A stretch of 64,000 nt of DNA from an uncultured Candidatus Saccharibacteria bacterium (GTDB taxonomy: Bacteria > Patescibacteriota > Minisyncoccia > Minisyncoccales > GWA2-38-27). Each line of letters begins with the position of its first letter. Positions within the stretch are counted from its first letter, which is position 1. Below the pieces are notes generated by a model, which saw only the letters and a program-made list of their open reading frames with translations, did not search any database and was not told where the DNA came from. The translations under genes were made by a program, and so were the position numbers. Positions 19,224-28,283 of this stretch are shown one piece after another. The stretch spans positions 47,375-111,374 of the forward strand of contig CAYLWZ010000002.1 in NCBI GenBank assembly GCA_964387825.1, written 5' to 3'.

Positions 19224-20306
19224 TTAAAGCCCTAAGGCCGTTACTATTTGCTTAATCAAAGAAACCACTACCGGAGGAGGCATTAAACTGTAAGAAGAAA
19301 CTCCTTCGTCGTCTAAAACCTGCCAGGGTTTTTTGATAATCTTTACTTTATTGGTTTCTTTATCTAATTGATAATTATACTCCGGGGTAATTTCATAATC
19401 CTCAACAAATTCTTTTGCTTTTTCTATTGGCACAGAGTTCCTTAAAAGAACTTTTGGAATACCATAAAGAGAAAAAGCCTGCTCTATCAATTCTTCGTCT
19501 GTTTTTAATCTGTTTTTTATCGGCTCTATCCCAAACTCATCTCCTTCTTTTTGGACCATCCTCGCTCCTCGGCCTGTCTGCGCAGACGGGCAATCAGGGT
19601 TGTCGCATAATAAATAAAATTTATCTTCTTTTTTATCATATCCGGTTTTTTTTGTCGGAAAAAGCTTCAAACTCCTTGATGTCTGACAAAGAGGGCAAAC
19701 CACTCTGTATTTTATCCTCTCGTCAATAACTGACTCAGGGACGTCAATTAAAACAAAAATATCAGGATCGTTCCGATAATTAATCAAATCCCGAAAGAAA
19801 AGGGAATAAGAAATTTGGTCTAAATCCCGAGGGAAACCATCAATAAAAAGGGCTTTTCTGCCCTTTTTCGCTATCTCTCTTTTCGCCAAAACCAAAATTA
19901 ATTCAGAAGGCAAAAGAATTTTTGTGCTTCTTTTTTCCAAAAAGCTGATTATTTTATCCAGGGATAAAAATCCCCGATAATTTTTCCTTAAAAAGTCAAT
20001 CAGCTCTTTTCTCTTATTCTTATCTACTATTGTCTTGTCAAATTCGCGAACCATATCCCCTATTGAAAAATGTTCTATCCTGTCCTTATCAACCACTTCT
20101 TTAAATATTTTAGCGTAAGTTCCTTTGCCAGAATTTTTTTTGCCTAAAAAATAAGCGATAAAAGTATTTTTCTGCAAATACTCTCTTAATTTTTTTATCT
20201 CTTTTCCCGTTTTTAACTCAAAATATGCCTGTCTGTCTTTAGGGTCTGTTAAATCAAAATCCCTTGAGCTACCATCTAATTTTGTTTTAAAAAGAGGAAA
20301 AGCCAT
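19224..20306 (-). CDS. adenylate kinase-like nucleoside-monophosphate kinase with N- and C-terminal extensions
   Basis: P-loop FLGKKNSGKGTYAKIF (cf. GxPGxGKGT), NMP-binding HFSIGDMVRE (cf. ISTGDMLRA), LID IDGFPRD…CPLC…CDNPDC zinc motif; 360 aa versus ~215 for canonical Adk. Confidence 0.6.
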   Translation of the reverse strand: MAFPLFKTKLDGSSRDFDLTDPKDRQAYFELKTGKEIKKLREYLQKNTFIAYFLGKKNSGKGTYAKIFKEVVDKDRIEHFSIGDMVREFDKTIVDKNKRKELIDFLRKNYRGFLSLDKIISFLEKRSTKILLPSELILVLAKREIAKKGRKALFIDGFPRDLDQISYSLFFRDLINYRNDPDIFVLIDVPESVIDERIKYRVVCPLCQTSRSLKLFPTKKTGYDKKEDKFYLLCDNPDCPSAQTGRGARMVQKEGDEFGIEPIKNRLKTDEELIEQAFSLYGIPKVLLRNSVPIEKAKEFVEDYEITPEYNYQLDKETNKVKIIKKPWQVLDDEGVSSYSLMPPPVVVSLIKQIVTALGL

Positions 20307-20336
20307 AAAATACGAATGATATGCAAATGCTCTAAA

Positions 20337-21209
20337 TTACCTTTTTGACAAAATATCAAGATTTTCTCCATCGGAGAAAATCTTGATATTTCCATTTTCG
20401 TCTGTTCTTAAAACCTGTATAGCAAATTTTTCAAGATTTGCCAAGGTTGTATCGTGGGGATGGCCGTAATTATTGTCTTTGCCGGCTGAAATAACGGCGA
20501 CTTTTGGCAAAACTTTCTCTAAAAACCTTAAAGAACTGGATGTCTTGCTGCCGTGATGGCAAACCTTTAAAACGTCTGACTCTAAGTTAACATTTTTCTC
20601 GATTAATTCCCTTTCTACCTTTTTCCCAATATCGCCGGTAAACAAGAAAGAAACGTCCTTAAAGAATAAATGAGCCACGATAGAAGTATTGTTAGTATTC
20701 TTAGTTTGCTGACCCTCTAAATTTTCAGATGGATGCAAAATCTCCATGAAAATCAAAGGGTCTTTCTGAAGTACTACCTTTTGTCCAGACTGGGCTATTT
20801 TTATCACTGCTTCTTCTTCCTTAATCAATTTATCCCATTCTTTCCATTCAGAATTTTGCCTGACAATTCCTGTCCACAAAATGTTTTTAACTTCGTATCT
20901 TTTTAAAACTTCAAATAATCCGAAATAATGGTCGTGCTCCGGGTGGGTGAGGATTATCAAATCAATAGTTCTGTCATAAAAGGGCATCTCTGCCGCCAAT
21001 TTTTCCAAGATTGCGGAGGATGGACCTCCATCAATCAAAATTTGCTGTTTTTGAGGCGTTTCAATAAAAATACTGTCTCCCTGCCCTATGTCAAAAAAAA
21101 CCACCTCAAGCGGTTGAGAATTATTTATGTCATAAATAACAAACCAAGCAAGAATATTCGCGGAAACAAGTCCGAATAATATAAAAAAAACTAATTTCTT
21201 GTTTCTCAT
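20337..21209 (-). CDS. ComEC/Rec2-related metallo-beta-lactamase-fold protein (MBL domain only)
   Basis: N-terminal TM segment, HPEHDHYFG (HxHxDH) and …VCHHGSK… motifs typical of the ComEC C-terminal domain. Confidence 0.65.
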   Translation of the reverse strand: MRNKKLVFFILFGLVSANILAWFVIYDINNSQPLEVVFFDIGQGDSIFIETPQKQQILIDGGPSSAILEKLAAEMPFYDRTIDLIILTHPEHDHYFGLFEVLKRYEVKNILWTGIVRQNSEWKEWDKLIKEEEAVIKIAQSGQKVVLQKDPLIFMEILHPSENLEGQQTKNTNNTSIVAHLFFKDVSFLFTGDIGKKVERELIEKNVNLESDVLKVCHHGSKTSSSLRFLEKVLPKVAVISAGKDNNYGHPHDTTLANLEKFAIQVLRTDENGNIKIFSDGENLDILSKR

Positions 21210-21257
21210 TTTCTATTTTTCATACAAGCATTATGATAAAAATATTGCTATCCAAAA

Positions 21258-21361
21258 ATGAACTACCTCGCCCCAAAAGGGCGAGGTGTCCCTCCGGGCG
21301 AGTTCTTTCGGTAGATGTATCCTCGCCGCGGAGCGGCGAGGTATTTATGTTCCGAAATAAA
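21258..21361. repeat. 104-bp double-hairpin 'CCTCGCC' repeat element, copy 1 (intergenic)
   Basis: ~90% identical to 63210-63314; hairpins cctcgcccc-aaaa-gggcgagg and cctcgccgc-gga-gcggcgagg. Confidence 0.8.
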
Positions 21362-21395
21362 TTCTTTTATTAACCGTTCGGTTTATTAAAAATAA

Positions 21396-21430
21396 CCCCC
21401 ACTTTTTTAAACTTTTTAAAAAAGTGGGGG
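21396..21430. terminator. 16-bp perfect inverted repeat cccccacttttttaaa / tttaaaaaagtggggg (3-nt loop)
   Basis: immediately 3' of the 61-aa ORF; symmetric A/T-rich stem, so could terminate in either direction. Confidence 0.6.
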
Positions 21431-21450
21431 TGGTTAAAACCGAAAGAGAA

Positions 21451-21636
21451 TTATTTTAATTGTTCTGCCTGGTCTTTTGAAAGCACTCTCCAGCATTCAT
21501 GCTCGCCAACCTGCGATTTGGCAACCGCAAAATACCTATCTCTTCCTTTTGCTTGTTTTTTAACAACTCTGTAATCGTCTGTAATAAATTTCTTCTTTGA
21601 TTTTACATCATAAAAGCTTAATTTTTCTTTTGTCAT
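21451..21636 (-). CDS. hypothetical small protein (61 aa)
   Basis: ORF bracketed by the CCTCGCC element and terminator (3') and a MITE (5'); no family recognised. Confidence 0.4.
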   Translation of the reverse strand: MTKEKLSFYDVKSKKKFITDDYRVVKKQAKGRDRYFAVAKSQVGEHECWRVLSKDQAEQLK

Positions 21637-21667
21637 AATAATATGAATAATAATACAAACTAGTTTT

Positions 21668-21875
21668 AGAGCGCGGGATTCAAACCAGAATCAATTTAGC
21701 TCCGTCCGTAGGGAAACGAAATAATGGGTCAATTTCTTCGTCACTCCTCCTCAAGGTATTAATTCTTAATACCTCTTCGTCGTTCTATACCCGTCCGGGA
21801 CGGACTAGGATCGTTCCTCGAACTTAACCCATTCTTTCGTTTCTAAACTTGGTTCTGGTTTGAATCCCACGCTCT
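21668..21875. mobile_element. MITE-like element copy 1 (208 bp) with terminal inverted repeats agagcgcgggattcaaaccagaa … ttctggtttgaatcccacgctct
   Basis: terminal inverted repeats plus internal nested inverted repeats; internal 100 bp is the exact reverse complement of part of 27983-28283. Confidence 0.8.
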
Positions 21876-21994
21876 TTACCGACCTTTTAAAGAATCTAAA
21901 AAGTTTTCCACACCCTGATTATATTATTTATACCTTAATTCAAATGAAAATGGTAGTCAAGGGATAAAAAGCCGCCTATTTGTTTAAGACTTAG

Positions 21995-22993
21995 CTATTT
22001 GATTTGAATCTTGAAATTCACGTCCTTTTTATGGCGGGCTTTCGCAGAGTAATATTTCGTTAGAGATTTTGCTTTTTCTAAAACTTTTTTTGGAATTCTT
22101 GCCTTTCCGCAACTGCGAACCAAAACAATAGGTCCGGGATAATTTTCCATCTCTATTAAAATATCGCCTTTCTTGGCTAACTTTTCAATTTCTATATCTT
22201 CTTTCTCGTTTCTCCCTGCAATAATCTTTACCCTGATCTTGTCGAAGGGCCAAAAATGCCGACCGAGTTTTAAAAGCGTAATATCGTTTTCGCCGCACCG
22301 GGGATGTTTTTCAAACAACTCTTTTAGTTTCTTCCCAAATTCCAAGTCCGTGAGCAAACAGCCGCCGGCAGGGGCAGGATACCAATTAATGCGCCATTTT
22401 TTTGCCAGCTCTATCTGCTTTTTCCTTGAACGGCCAGACATGCTTAAAAGTTTCTTTCTGTCTATTAGTCCTTCTTTCTCTGGAATAGTCAAAGGCAACA
22501 ATCTTGCCGAAAGAGGCCTTAAAAGATAGCCGGAAAGCAGAGACTCTCTTTCTGTTATTTCTAAAGATTTTTTGTTTTGAGTCATCGGCCTTTCTCCTAA
22601 TACTTCCCCTGTCGCCACAAAATCAAAATGGCGATTTATAAAATATTGTCTGGCTTTTTTAAGCATCAAAATGCGGCAATCAAGGCAGGGGTTCATCGCC
22701 GAGCCATATCCGTATTTTGGGGATTTCACTATTTTCAGATGCTCCCTTGAAATATCAACAACCTTTAAGTTTATCCCTAGGCCGTCTGCTGTCGCAGACA
22801 GCGGGTTAGGCCTCAAACTTTTAGCAGAAGATTCGGCTTGTCTTGCGTCAAAAAAATAACTAAAAAAAGCAATGCCGAAAACATTGATTTCCTGCTCCAT
22901 TAAAATCTTAGCCGCTAAAATTGAATCTAATCCTCCAGAGAATAATACCAATGCTTTCGGTTTCTTTGTTATTTTCTCTGATGTCAAAGCCAT
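21995..22993 (-). CDS. PP-loop ATPase, divergent MnmA/TrmU-like tRNA thiolase paralog
   Basis: SGGLDS PP-loop, NPCLDC and DFVATGEV motifs paralleling the NPCVVCN / DFVATGHYAR of the adjacent mnmA. Confidence 0.6.
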   Translation of the reverse strand: MALTSEKITKKPKALVLFSGGLDSILAAKILMEQEINVFGIAFFSYFFDARQAESSAKSLRPNPLSATADGLGINLKVVDISREHLKIVKSPKYGYGSAMNPCLDCRILMLKKARQYFINRHFDFVATGEVLGERPMTQNKKSLEITERESLLSGYLLRPLSARLLPLTIPEKEGLIDRKKLLSMSGRSRKKQIELAKKWRINWYPAPAGGCLLTDLEFGKKLKELFEKHPRCGENDITLLKLGRHFWPFDKIRVKIIAGRNEKEDIEIEKLAKKGDILIEMENYPGPIVLVRSCGKARIPKKVLEKAKSLTKYYSAKARHKKDVNFKIQIK

Positions 22994-24174
22994 ATTATTC
23001 CTCCGCCCAAAACCTCCTCGCCCTTACTTGCCTTGCCAGCAGGCAGGTAAAAGACAACCGACTGACCAGCAGTAATTGCTCTCTGAGGTTTTGCGAACAC
23101 TACTTTAATCCTACCTTCTTTTTGCTTATTAATCACGACCAAAGCCGGCTTATGCCTATATCTTATTTTTGCCATTGCTTTTAAGGGAAATTTTGGCGTT
23201 TTTCCTGAAATCCAATTAACATTTTCAGCAATCAGCTCTTTTTTATACAGAGATTTCTCATTTTTTGTAATAATCAAAAAATTTCTTTTTAGGTCCTTCC
23301 TCAAAACATAAAATGGTCCGCCTGGAAGTTTTATTCCTTTTCTTTGGCCAATAGTATAAAAAGCCAATCCTTTATGTTTCCCCAAAACCCGGTATCCCTT
23401 AGGCATTCTGATGTTCTTGAGAACATCAGAACGTTTATCAGTGCCTGTTATTGTTGTCGGTAAAACTTTTTGCCCTTTATTGCTAAAAATTTTTTCTACT
23501 ATTAAACCAGGATTCGGCCTTAAATATTTTTCTAAAAAATCATTGACAGTAGTTTCAATAAAACAAATCTCCTGTGATTCCAGAACATTAAGAACCGGCA
23601 ATTTAAATTCTTTTGCTAATTCCTTAACTTCGCTTTTTTTGTATCCGCCCACGGGGAATAAAACATTATTCAGGATTCTTTGATTTAACTGCCATAAAAA
23701 ATAGGATTGGTCTTTTTCTTTGTCTCTCCCTCTTAGTAATTTACCCTCTCTTGTTCTTGCGTAATGGCCAGTGGCGACAAAATCCGCTTTTAACTTTTTA
23801 AGTTCTTTTAATAAAAAATTAAACTTAACTTCTTTATTGCAAACAACACAAGGGTTTGGAGTTTTTCCTTTTTTATGCTCCCTGACAAATGGTTTTATCA
23901 CTTTTTCTCTAAACACCTTTCTAAGATTTAAAACTCGAAAAGAAACGCCGAGTTTCTTGGCGACTATCTTAGCCCTTCTCTCGTTTTTTATAGAAGACTT
24001 CAAGTCGTCTAATTTCATAAAAACTCCGATAACATTATAGCCGGCCTCTTTTAAAAAGGCGGCTGCTACCGAACTGTCCATTCCGCCGGACATTGCTGTT
24101 ATTACTTTAATTTTATCTGGCTTTCTCTTAATTCCTGTTTTTTTAGATTCTATTTTTTTAATTTTTTTATTCAT
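22984..24174 (-). CDS. mnmA: tRNA-specific 2-thiouridylase MnmA
   Basis: MSGGMDSSVAA…GKTPNPCVVCNKEVKF…ADFVATGHYAR canonical MnmA motifs. Confidence 0.85.
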   Translation of the reverse strand: MNKKIKKIESKKTGIKRKPDKIKVITAMSGGMDSSVAAAFLKEAGYNVIGVFMKLDDLKSSIKNERRAKIVAKKLGVSFRVLNLRKVFREKVIKPFVREHKKGKTPNPCVVCNKEVKFNFLLKELKKLKADFVATGHYARTREGKLLRGRDKEKDQSYFLWQLNQRILNNVLFPVGGYKKSEVKELAKEFKLPVLNVLESQEICFIETTVNDFLEKYLRPNPGLIVEKIFSNKGQKVLPTTITGTDKRSDVLKNIRMPKGYRVLGKHKGLAFYTIGQRKGIKLPGGPFYVLRKDLKRNFLIITKNEKSLYKKELIAENVNWISGKTPKFPLKAMAKIRYRHKPALVVINKQKEGRIKVVFAKPQRAITAGQSVVFYLPAGKASKGEEVLGGGIIWL

Positions 24175-24228
24175 AAATCAGCTTGACAGAAATCTCACGA
24201 TCGTGAGATTTTTGTCAGGACCATAATT

Positions 24229-24852
24229 TCATTTTGGAAGATATTTTCTGTACTCCTTAATGATAAACCGCCATTTACGGCGAGACCAATAAGGGCCGGC
24301 GTAATCAATGCCAATTCTTCCGGTTGTTAAAACTTGAGAATCTTTTGTCTCTTCGCCCCGATTCTCCAACCAAATTTTCTTACTTTTAGTCAAATCTTCC
24401 CCGTAAAAAGATTTATCTAATTTTAAATAACGGCAGACCTTTCCCGGTCCGTTGGCAAGGGACAGTCCCTTGACTGTCCCTTGACTGTCCCTCAACTCCG
24501 GCTTGATTGCGCGGATAAGGACGCACTCCGGCTCTCCGGCGCCGGCAGTGGTAATATTCAATTGCCAGTACATTCCGTAAACCAAATAAATATAAATATG
24601 GCCGCCAATTAAATATTCAACCTTGTTCCGAGGAGTTATCCTTCCTTTGTAAGAATGAGCTGCCTTGTCTTGAGGCCCGACGTATGCCTCGGTCTCTATG
24701 ATTTTGCCTGCTATTTTCTCGGTAACAATTTTTTTTACCCCGTTAGAAATCAAAGATTTTCTAACGGGGCGAACAATATATTTTCCTAAAAGTTCTTTGG
24801 CTATTTTTAAAGTCGGCTGAGTATAAAAATTTCTAGATAATTTTTTTCTCAT
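24229..24852 (-). CDS. mpg: DNA-3-methyladenine glycosylase (Mpg/AAG family)
   Basis: …IIETEAYVGPQDKAAHSYKGRITPRN…YIYLVYGMYWQLNIT… Mpg family pattern. Confidence 0.75.
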   Translation of the reverse strand: MRKKLSRNFYTQPTLKIAKELLGKYIVRPVRKSLISNGVKKIVTEKIAGKIIETEAYVGPQDKAAHSYKGRITPRNKVEYLIGGHIYIYLVYGMYWQLNITTAGAGEPECVLIRAIKPELRDSQGTVKGLSLANGPGKVCRYLKLDKSFYGEDLTKSKKIWLENRGEETKDSQVLTTGRIGIDYAGPYWSRRKWRFIIKEYRKYLPK

Positions 24853-24947
24853 TTACAGTTTTGTTTTTTACTAAATTAGTAAAAAAGCGCTCGCGCTGAT
24901 TACAACAATACTTAAACGCCTTTCGCCTAACATCGCAACTATTACTT

Positions 24948-25922
24948 TCACAATTTCAAAAAACCGCCAACAATTAAATTAATTGCTTCTTTTTCCGATA
25001 AACCCCTCATTCTTAAATACACCAGTTCCTCTTCTGAAATTCTTCCTATTGAGGCCTCATGAGTAAGCTGAGCATCTTTATTCCGACAAACTAATTCTGG
25101 GATTAAGGAAATATTAGCTGATTTATTTATCAATAGGCCCTGACAATCTAAATGGCCCTTTGACGGAGCTTCCGCCACAATTTTAGAAATTGCCTCAATT
25201 TTACTTTTCTTTCTTCCGACTAATCTTATTCTAAGCACTCCTTGAGAATCCCGGCCCTTAAGAAAAATAATATCTTCCACTTTAATCTTTGAATTCAAGG
25301 AATTAATAATAAAATTTAAATTTGAAGAAGAATTTTTTCCGCTAAATATAACAGTCTTCATCTGAAGATTCTTTGGGGAAAATAAGTTCTTATAAGAATA
25401 AATTAGTTTAGAGTCCTTCCCAAGAATAAACTCATAATCTGTGCCAACAAAGTCTTTTTGTCCCCACTTATGAAGATTTCTATATTCCAGGGTCGCATTG
25501 TCTTTAAGGATAATCTTGCCTTGAGCCAGGTGGGTTCCGCATAAATTGTTTTTAGTTGCGTTGCAAGCCGCGTTAACTTTTGCTTTTACTCCTTTCTCAA
25601 CGATTATCAGGTTCTGTAAATTTTGAGAAGTTTTTGGAGAAGCAATGGTGATACAAGTTGCCAAAGGAAAATCTGTTTGCCTTTTTAACCAAATAAAGTA
25701 GCCTTCCTTTGGCTTTTTCTTGAACCAAACTCTTGACCACTTATACTTCTCCCAAGCTTTCGGACTGGAAAGAATAATAACTTCTTTCAGCTTAAAAATA
25801 TCTTTTACTTTATGGTCTACTTGCCAATAATTTACCCCATTAGAGATGTTCTCTTTCTTTGATTTATCCACGTTCTCAAAATCTCTAACGGGGCTTACAT
25901 TTTTTACATTTCTCATAACCAT
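24948..25922 (-). CDS. SufB/SufD-family Fe-S cluster assembly protein
   Basis: C-terminal …EASIGRISEEELVYLRMRGLSEKEAINLIV… SufBD signature; followed by sufC. Confidence 0.7.
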   Translation of the reverse strand: MVMRNVKNVSPVRDFENVDKSKKENISNGVNYWQVDHKVKDIFKLKEVIILSSPKAWEKYKWSRVWFKKKPKEGYFIWLKRQTDFPLATCITIASPKTSQNLQNLIIVEKGVKAKVNAACNATKNNLCGTHLAQGKIILKDNATLEYRNLHKWGQKDFVGTDYEFILGKDSKLIYSYKNLFSPKNLQMKTVIFSGKNSSSNLNFIINSLNSKIKVEDIIFLKGRDSQGVLRIRLVGRKKSKIEAISKIVAEAPSKGHLDCQGLLINKSANISLIPELVCRNKDAQLTHEASIGRISEEELVYLRMRGLSEKEAINLIVGGFLKL

Positions 25923-26583
25923 ATTTCTTTATGGCTCTTAAAACTTTTTTAAAATCTTTCTCGCGGCAAATAAGTTTTCCGTCAAGTATTACATTGGTAA
26001 AATCTGGTTTCAAAAAATTTAAAATCTGTCCCCAGTGAGTAATTAATAAGATTGAAACGTTTTTATTGACCAATTCTTTTTTTATTATCCCCGAAACTTT
26101 CTTTAATATTTTAATATCTAACCCGGAATCTATTTCGTCAAAAACTACAAACCTTGGCCTTAAGGCTATTATCTGAAGAAGTTCTGAGATTTTTTTCTCG
26201 CCGCCTGAAAGATTCAAATTCACTTCTCTTTCTAATATATGAGGAGTTATTTTCTCTTGAGATTCTGTTTTAGCAATTTTATTTATAAGTTTAGAAAGCG
26301 TCAAACCCTTGATAGCCGGCGGTGATTGCCAAGCCATTGCTATTCCAATTTCTGCTCTTTTTTCTGGAGAAAGTTCGGTGATTTCTTTTCCCTGAAAGAA
26401 AATTTTTCCTTCGCCTACTTTATATTTCGGATTTCCTGAAATTGTCTGCGCAAAACAGCTTTTTCCGCTTCCGTTCGGACCCAAAAGCACTTGCACCTCT
26501 CCCTCTCTTATTCGAAAATCCATCCCTTTTAGAATTTCTTTTGTACCGACTTTAACTTTTAAATTTTTAGTCTCTAAAAGCAT
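25885..26583 (-). CDS. sufC: Fe-S cluster assembly ATPase SufC
   Basis: LLGPNGSGKS Walker A, LSGGEKK ABC signature, SufC-like length (232 aa). Confidence 0.8.
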   Translation of the reverse strand: MLLETKNLKVKVGTKEILKGMDFRIREGEVQVLLGPNGSGKSCFAQTISGNPKYKVGEGKIFFQGKEITELSPEKRAEIGIAMAWQSPPAIKGLTLSKLINKIAKTESQEKITPHILEREVNLNLSGGEKKISELLQIIALRPRFVVFDEIDSGLDIKILKKVSGIIKKELVNKNVSILLITHWGQILNFLKPDFTNVILDGKLICREKDFKKVLRAIKKYGYEKCKKCKPR

Positions 26584-26648
26584 AGTAATTTTTGTGGATG
26601 TTGATGCCTGGCGCTAATAGGCCATCAAAGCGCTAAAACTTCTTAGAA

Positions 26649-27038
26649 TTATTTAATTAAACTTTTTAAAGTAATTGAATTTAAGATGGTATTTAAAGAA
26701 TTCTGGACCTTTTTCCAGACATTTCTTGTCAAGCAATTTCTGGTTCTCTTACATTCCCGGCAAAAAAGAAAAACGCTTGTTTTGTCTAAAGTCCTCACCA
26801 CATCTCCGATAGTAATTTTTTGAGGATTATGAGCTATAAAATACCCTCCCTGAACGCCTTTTTTTGCTTTAACTAAACCTGCTTTTTTCATTTCCAAAAT
26901 TATTTTTTCTAAAAAATTAAAAGGGATATCTTCTTTTTCAGAGATTGTTTTCAAAGAAACAACTTTTTTTTGAGGAAAAAATTTTGCCAAATAAACCATT
27001 GCCCGAAGTCCGTATTGCGCTTTTTTAGAAAATCTCAT
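26649..27038 (-). CDS. Rrf2-family transcriptional regulator (IscR/SufR-like)
   Basis: MRFSKKAQYGLRAMVYLA… Rrf2 winged helix-turn-helix (HTH); Cys cluster CRECKRTRNC; upstream of sufCB. Confidence 0.75.
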   Translation of the reverse strand: MRFSKKAQYGLRAMVYLAKFFPQKKVVSLKTISEKEDIPFNFLEKIILEMKKAGLVKAKKGVQGGYFIAHNPQKITIGDVVRTLDKTSVFLFCRECKRTRNCLTRNVWKKVQNSLNTILNSITLKSLIK

Positions 27039-27063
27039 ATTCTAATAAAATATAAAACCCGAC

Positions 27064-27088
27064 AATTTTAGTCGGGTTTACTTTAACA
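27064..27088 (-). terminator. rho-independent terminator downstream of HNH gene
   Basis: aaacccgac-aatttta-gtcgggttt hairpin followed by a T-rich run on the minus strand. Confidence 0.55.
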
Positions 27089-27181
27089 AAAATAAAAACT
27101 TATATCAATGCACAAACTGTGACTATAAAAATAGCGAAAGATTGTCCTCCGCTAAATTAAGGGTTTTTTGATATTTATTAT

Positions 27182-27658
27182 TCATTTCTTTCTTCTTTTT
27201 TTTAATTGGTGGATACAAACACCGCCTTGTATCCTTTTGCTCATATTACAGTTAAAACACATAACTTGCAATCTTAAATTTTTTGGATAATTATTAACCT
27301 TTAGCCATTTTAAAAATGAAGTTCCGATTCCATGTTTCTTCCGCTGTTTATTTCCATTGTTATCGATATGGTCTAAACATAAAAAATCTATTTCTGTTTC
27401 CCCGCAACAAACACATTTTGGTTTCTTGCTCCCATATGATTGCAATGCTTTAATTTTTAGTCCTTTCCTATACCTTTTACTCTCTTCAATTACCTTTTCT
27501 TTATTCTTTTTCTTCCATAATCTACTTCTTTCTTTAAATTTCTCTGAACTCTCTAAATAATATTGGTGAGCTTTTTTATTAGCACATTCTTTACATATAC
27601 GGAACTTAACAAGAGTACCATCTCTATTTTTAGTTGTTCCGCATAAATAACATTTCAT
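27182..27658 (-). CDS. HNH endonuclease with N-terminal zinc ribbon
   Basis: CYLCG…CKEC ribbon; CVCCGE…LCLDHIDNNGNK…N…CFNCN HNH motif. Confidence 0.7.
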   Translation of the reverse strand: MKCYLCGTTKNRDGTLVKFRICKECANKKAHQYYLESSEKFKERSRLWKKKNKEKVIEESKRYRKGLKIKALQSYGSKKPKCVCCGETEIDFLCLDHIDNNGNKQRKKHGIGTSFLKWLKVNNYPKNLRLQVMCFNCNMSKRIQGGVCIHQLKKRRKK

Positions 27659-27982
27659 ACATGTTTCAATTTTGCTTTTTTATAAACATTAGAAAAAAAT
27701 TAAAATAAAAAACCGATTATTTAACCGGTTTTAGTATATCATGGAACAAAACGGCTTGTCAATGTATTACTTATTTAAAGCACAACAGCAAAAACAACAA
27801 GATAAAAAAAGCGAGACCCATCCTCGTTGCGAGGCTAGGTCTCGCAGAAACCTCCTTACCACCATCTACTATTTCTTTATACTGCAAGCTTCGTTTAAAT
27901 CTTTAAGAATATTTGCAATATCGATGCCGTAGAGTTTGCAAATATCTCCGATTTTTAAGCTCTCCATTTCCATTTTGGCTAA

Positions 27983-28283
27983 AGAGCGTGGGATTCGAAC
28001 CAGAACCAAATTTAGAAACGAAAGAATGGGTTAAGTTCGAGGAACGACCCTAGTCCGTCCCGGACGGGTATAGGACGACGAAGAGGTATTAAGAATTAAT
28101 ACCTTGAGGAGGAGTGACGAAGAAATTAGCCCATTCTTTCGCTTCCCTTTAGGCGGGTGAATTTTATCCACCTTCTTCGTTGCTCGTCGCTAATGTATCC
28201 TGCGGATACATTACGCTCCTCGCGCCTTGAATCTGAATAAAATTCGCTCCGCTAAATTGATTCTGGTTCGAATCCCACGCTCT
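27983..28283. mobile_element. MITE-like element copy 2 (301 bp), inverted relative to copy 1, with extra 115-bp internal segment
   Basis: terminal inverted repeats agagcgtgggattcgaaccagaa … ttctggttcgaatcccacgctct; internal gtattaagaattaatacc and cctagtccgtcccggacggg hairpins shared with copy 1. Confidence 0.85.

Noticed and set aside
27741-27932. 63-aa plus-strand ORF between the HNH gene and the MITE
   Set aside because: It is Gln/Lys-rich low complexity with no family match. The region is better explained by hairpins, and a 34-codon minus-strand ORF there is also unconvincing.
27983-28283. MITE ends as genuine tRNA genes or fragments
   Set aside because: The GGTTCGAATCC T-loop-like motif is present, but the flanking bases do not form a T-stem or acceptor stem, so no cloverleaf can be drawn.
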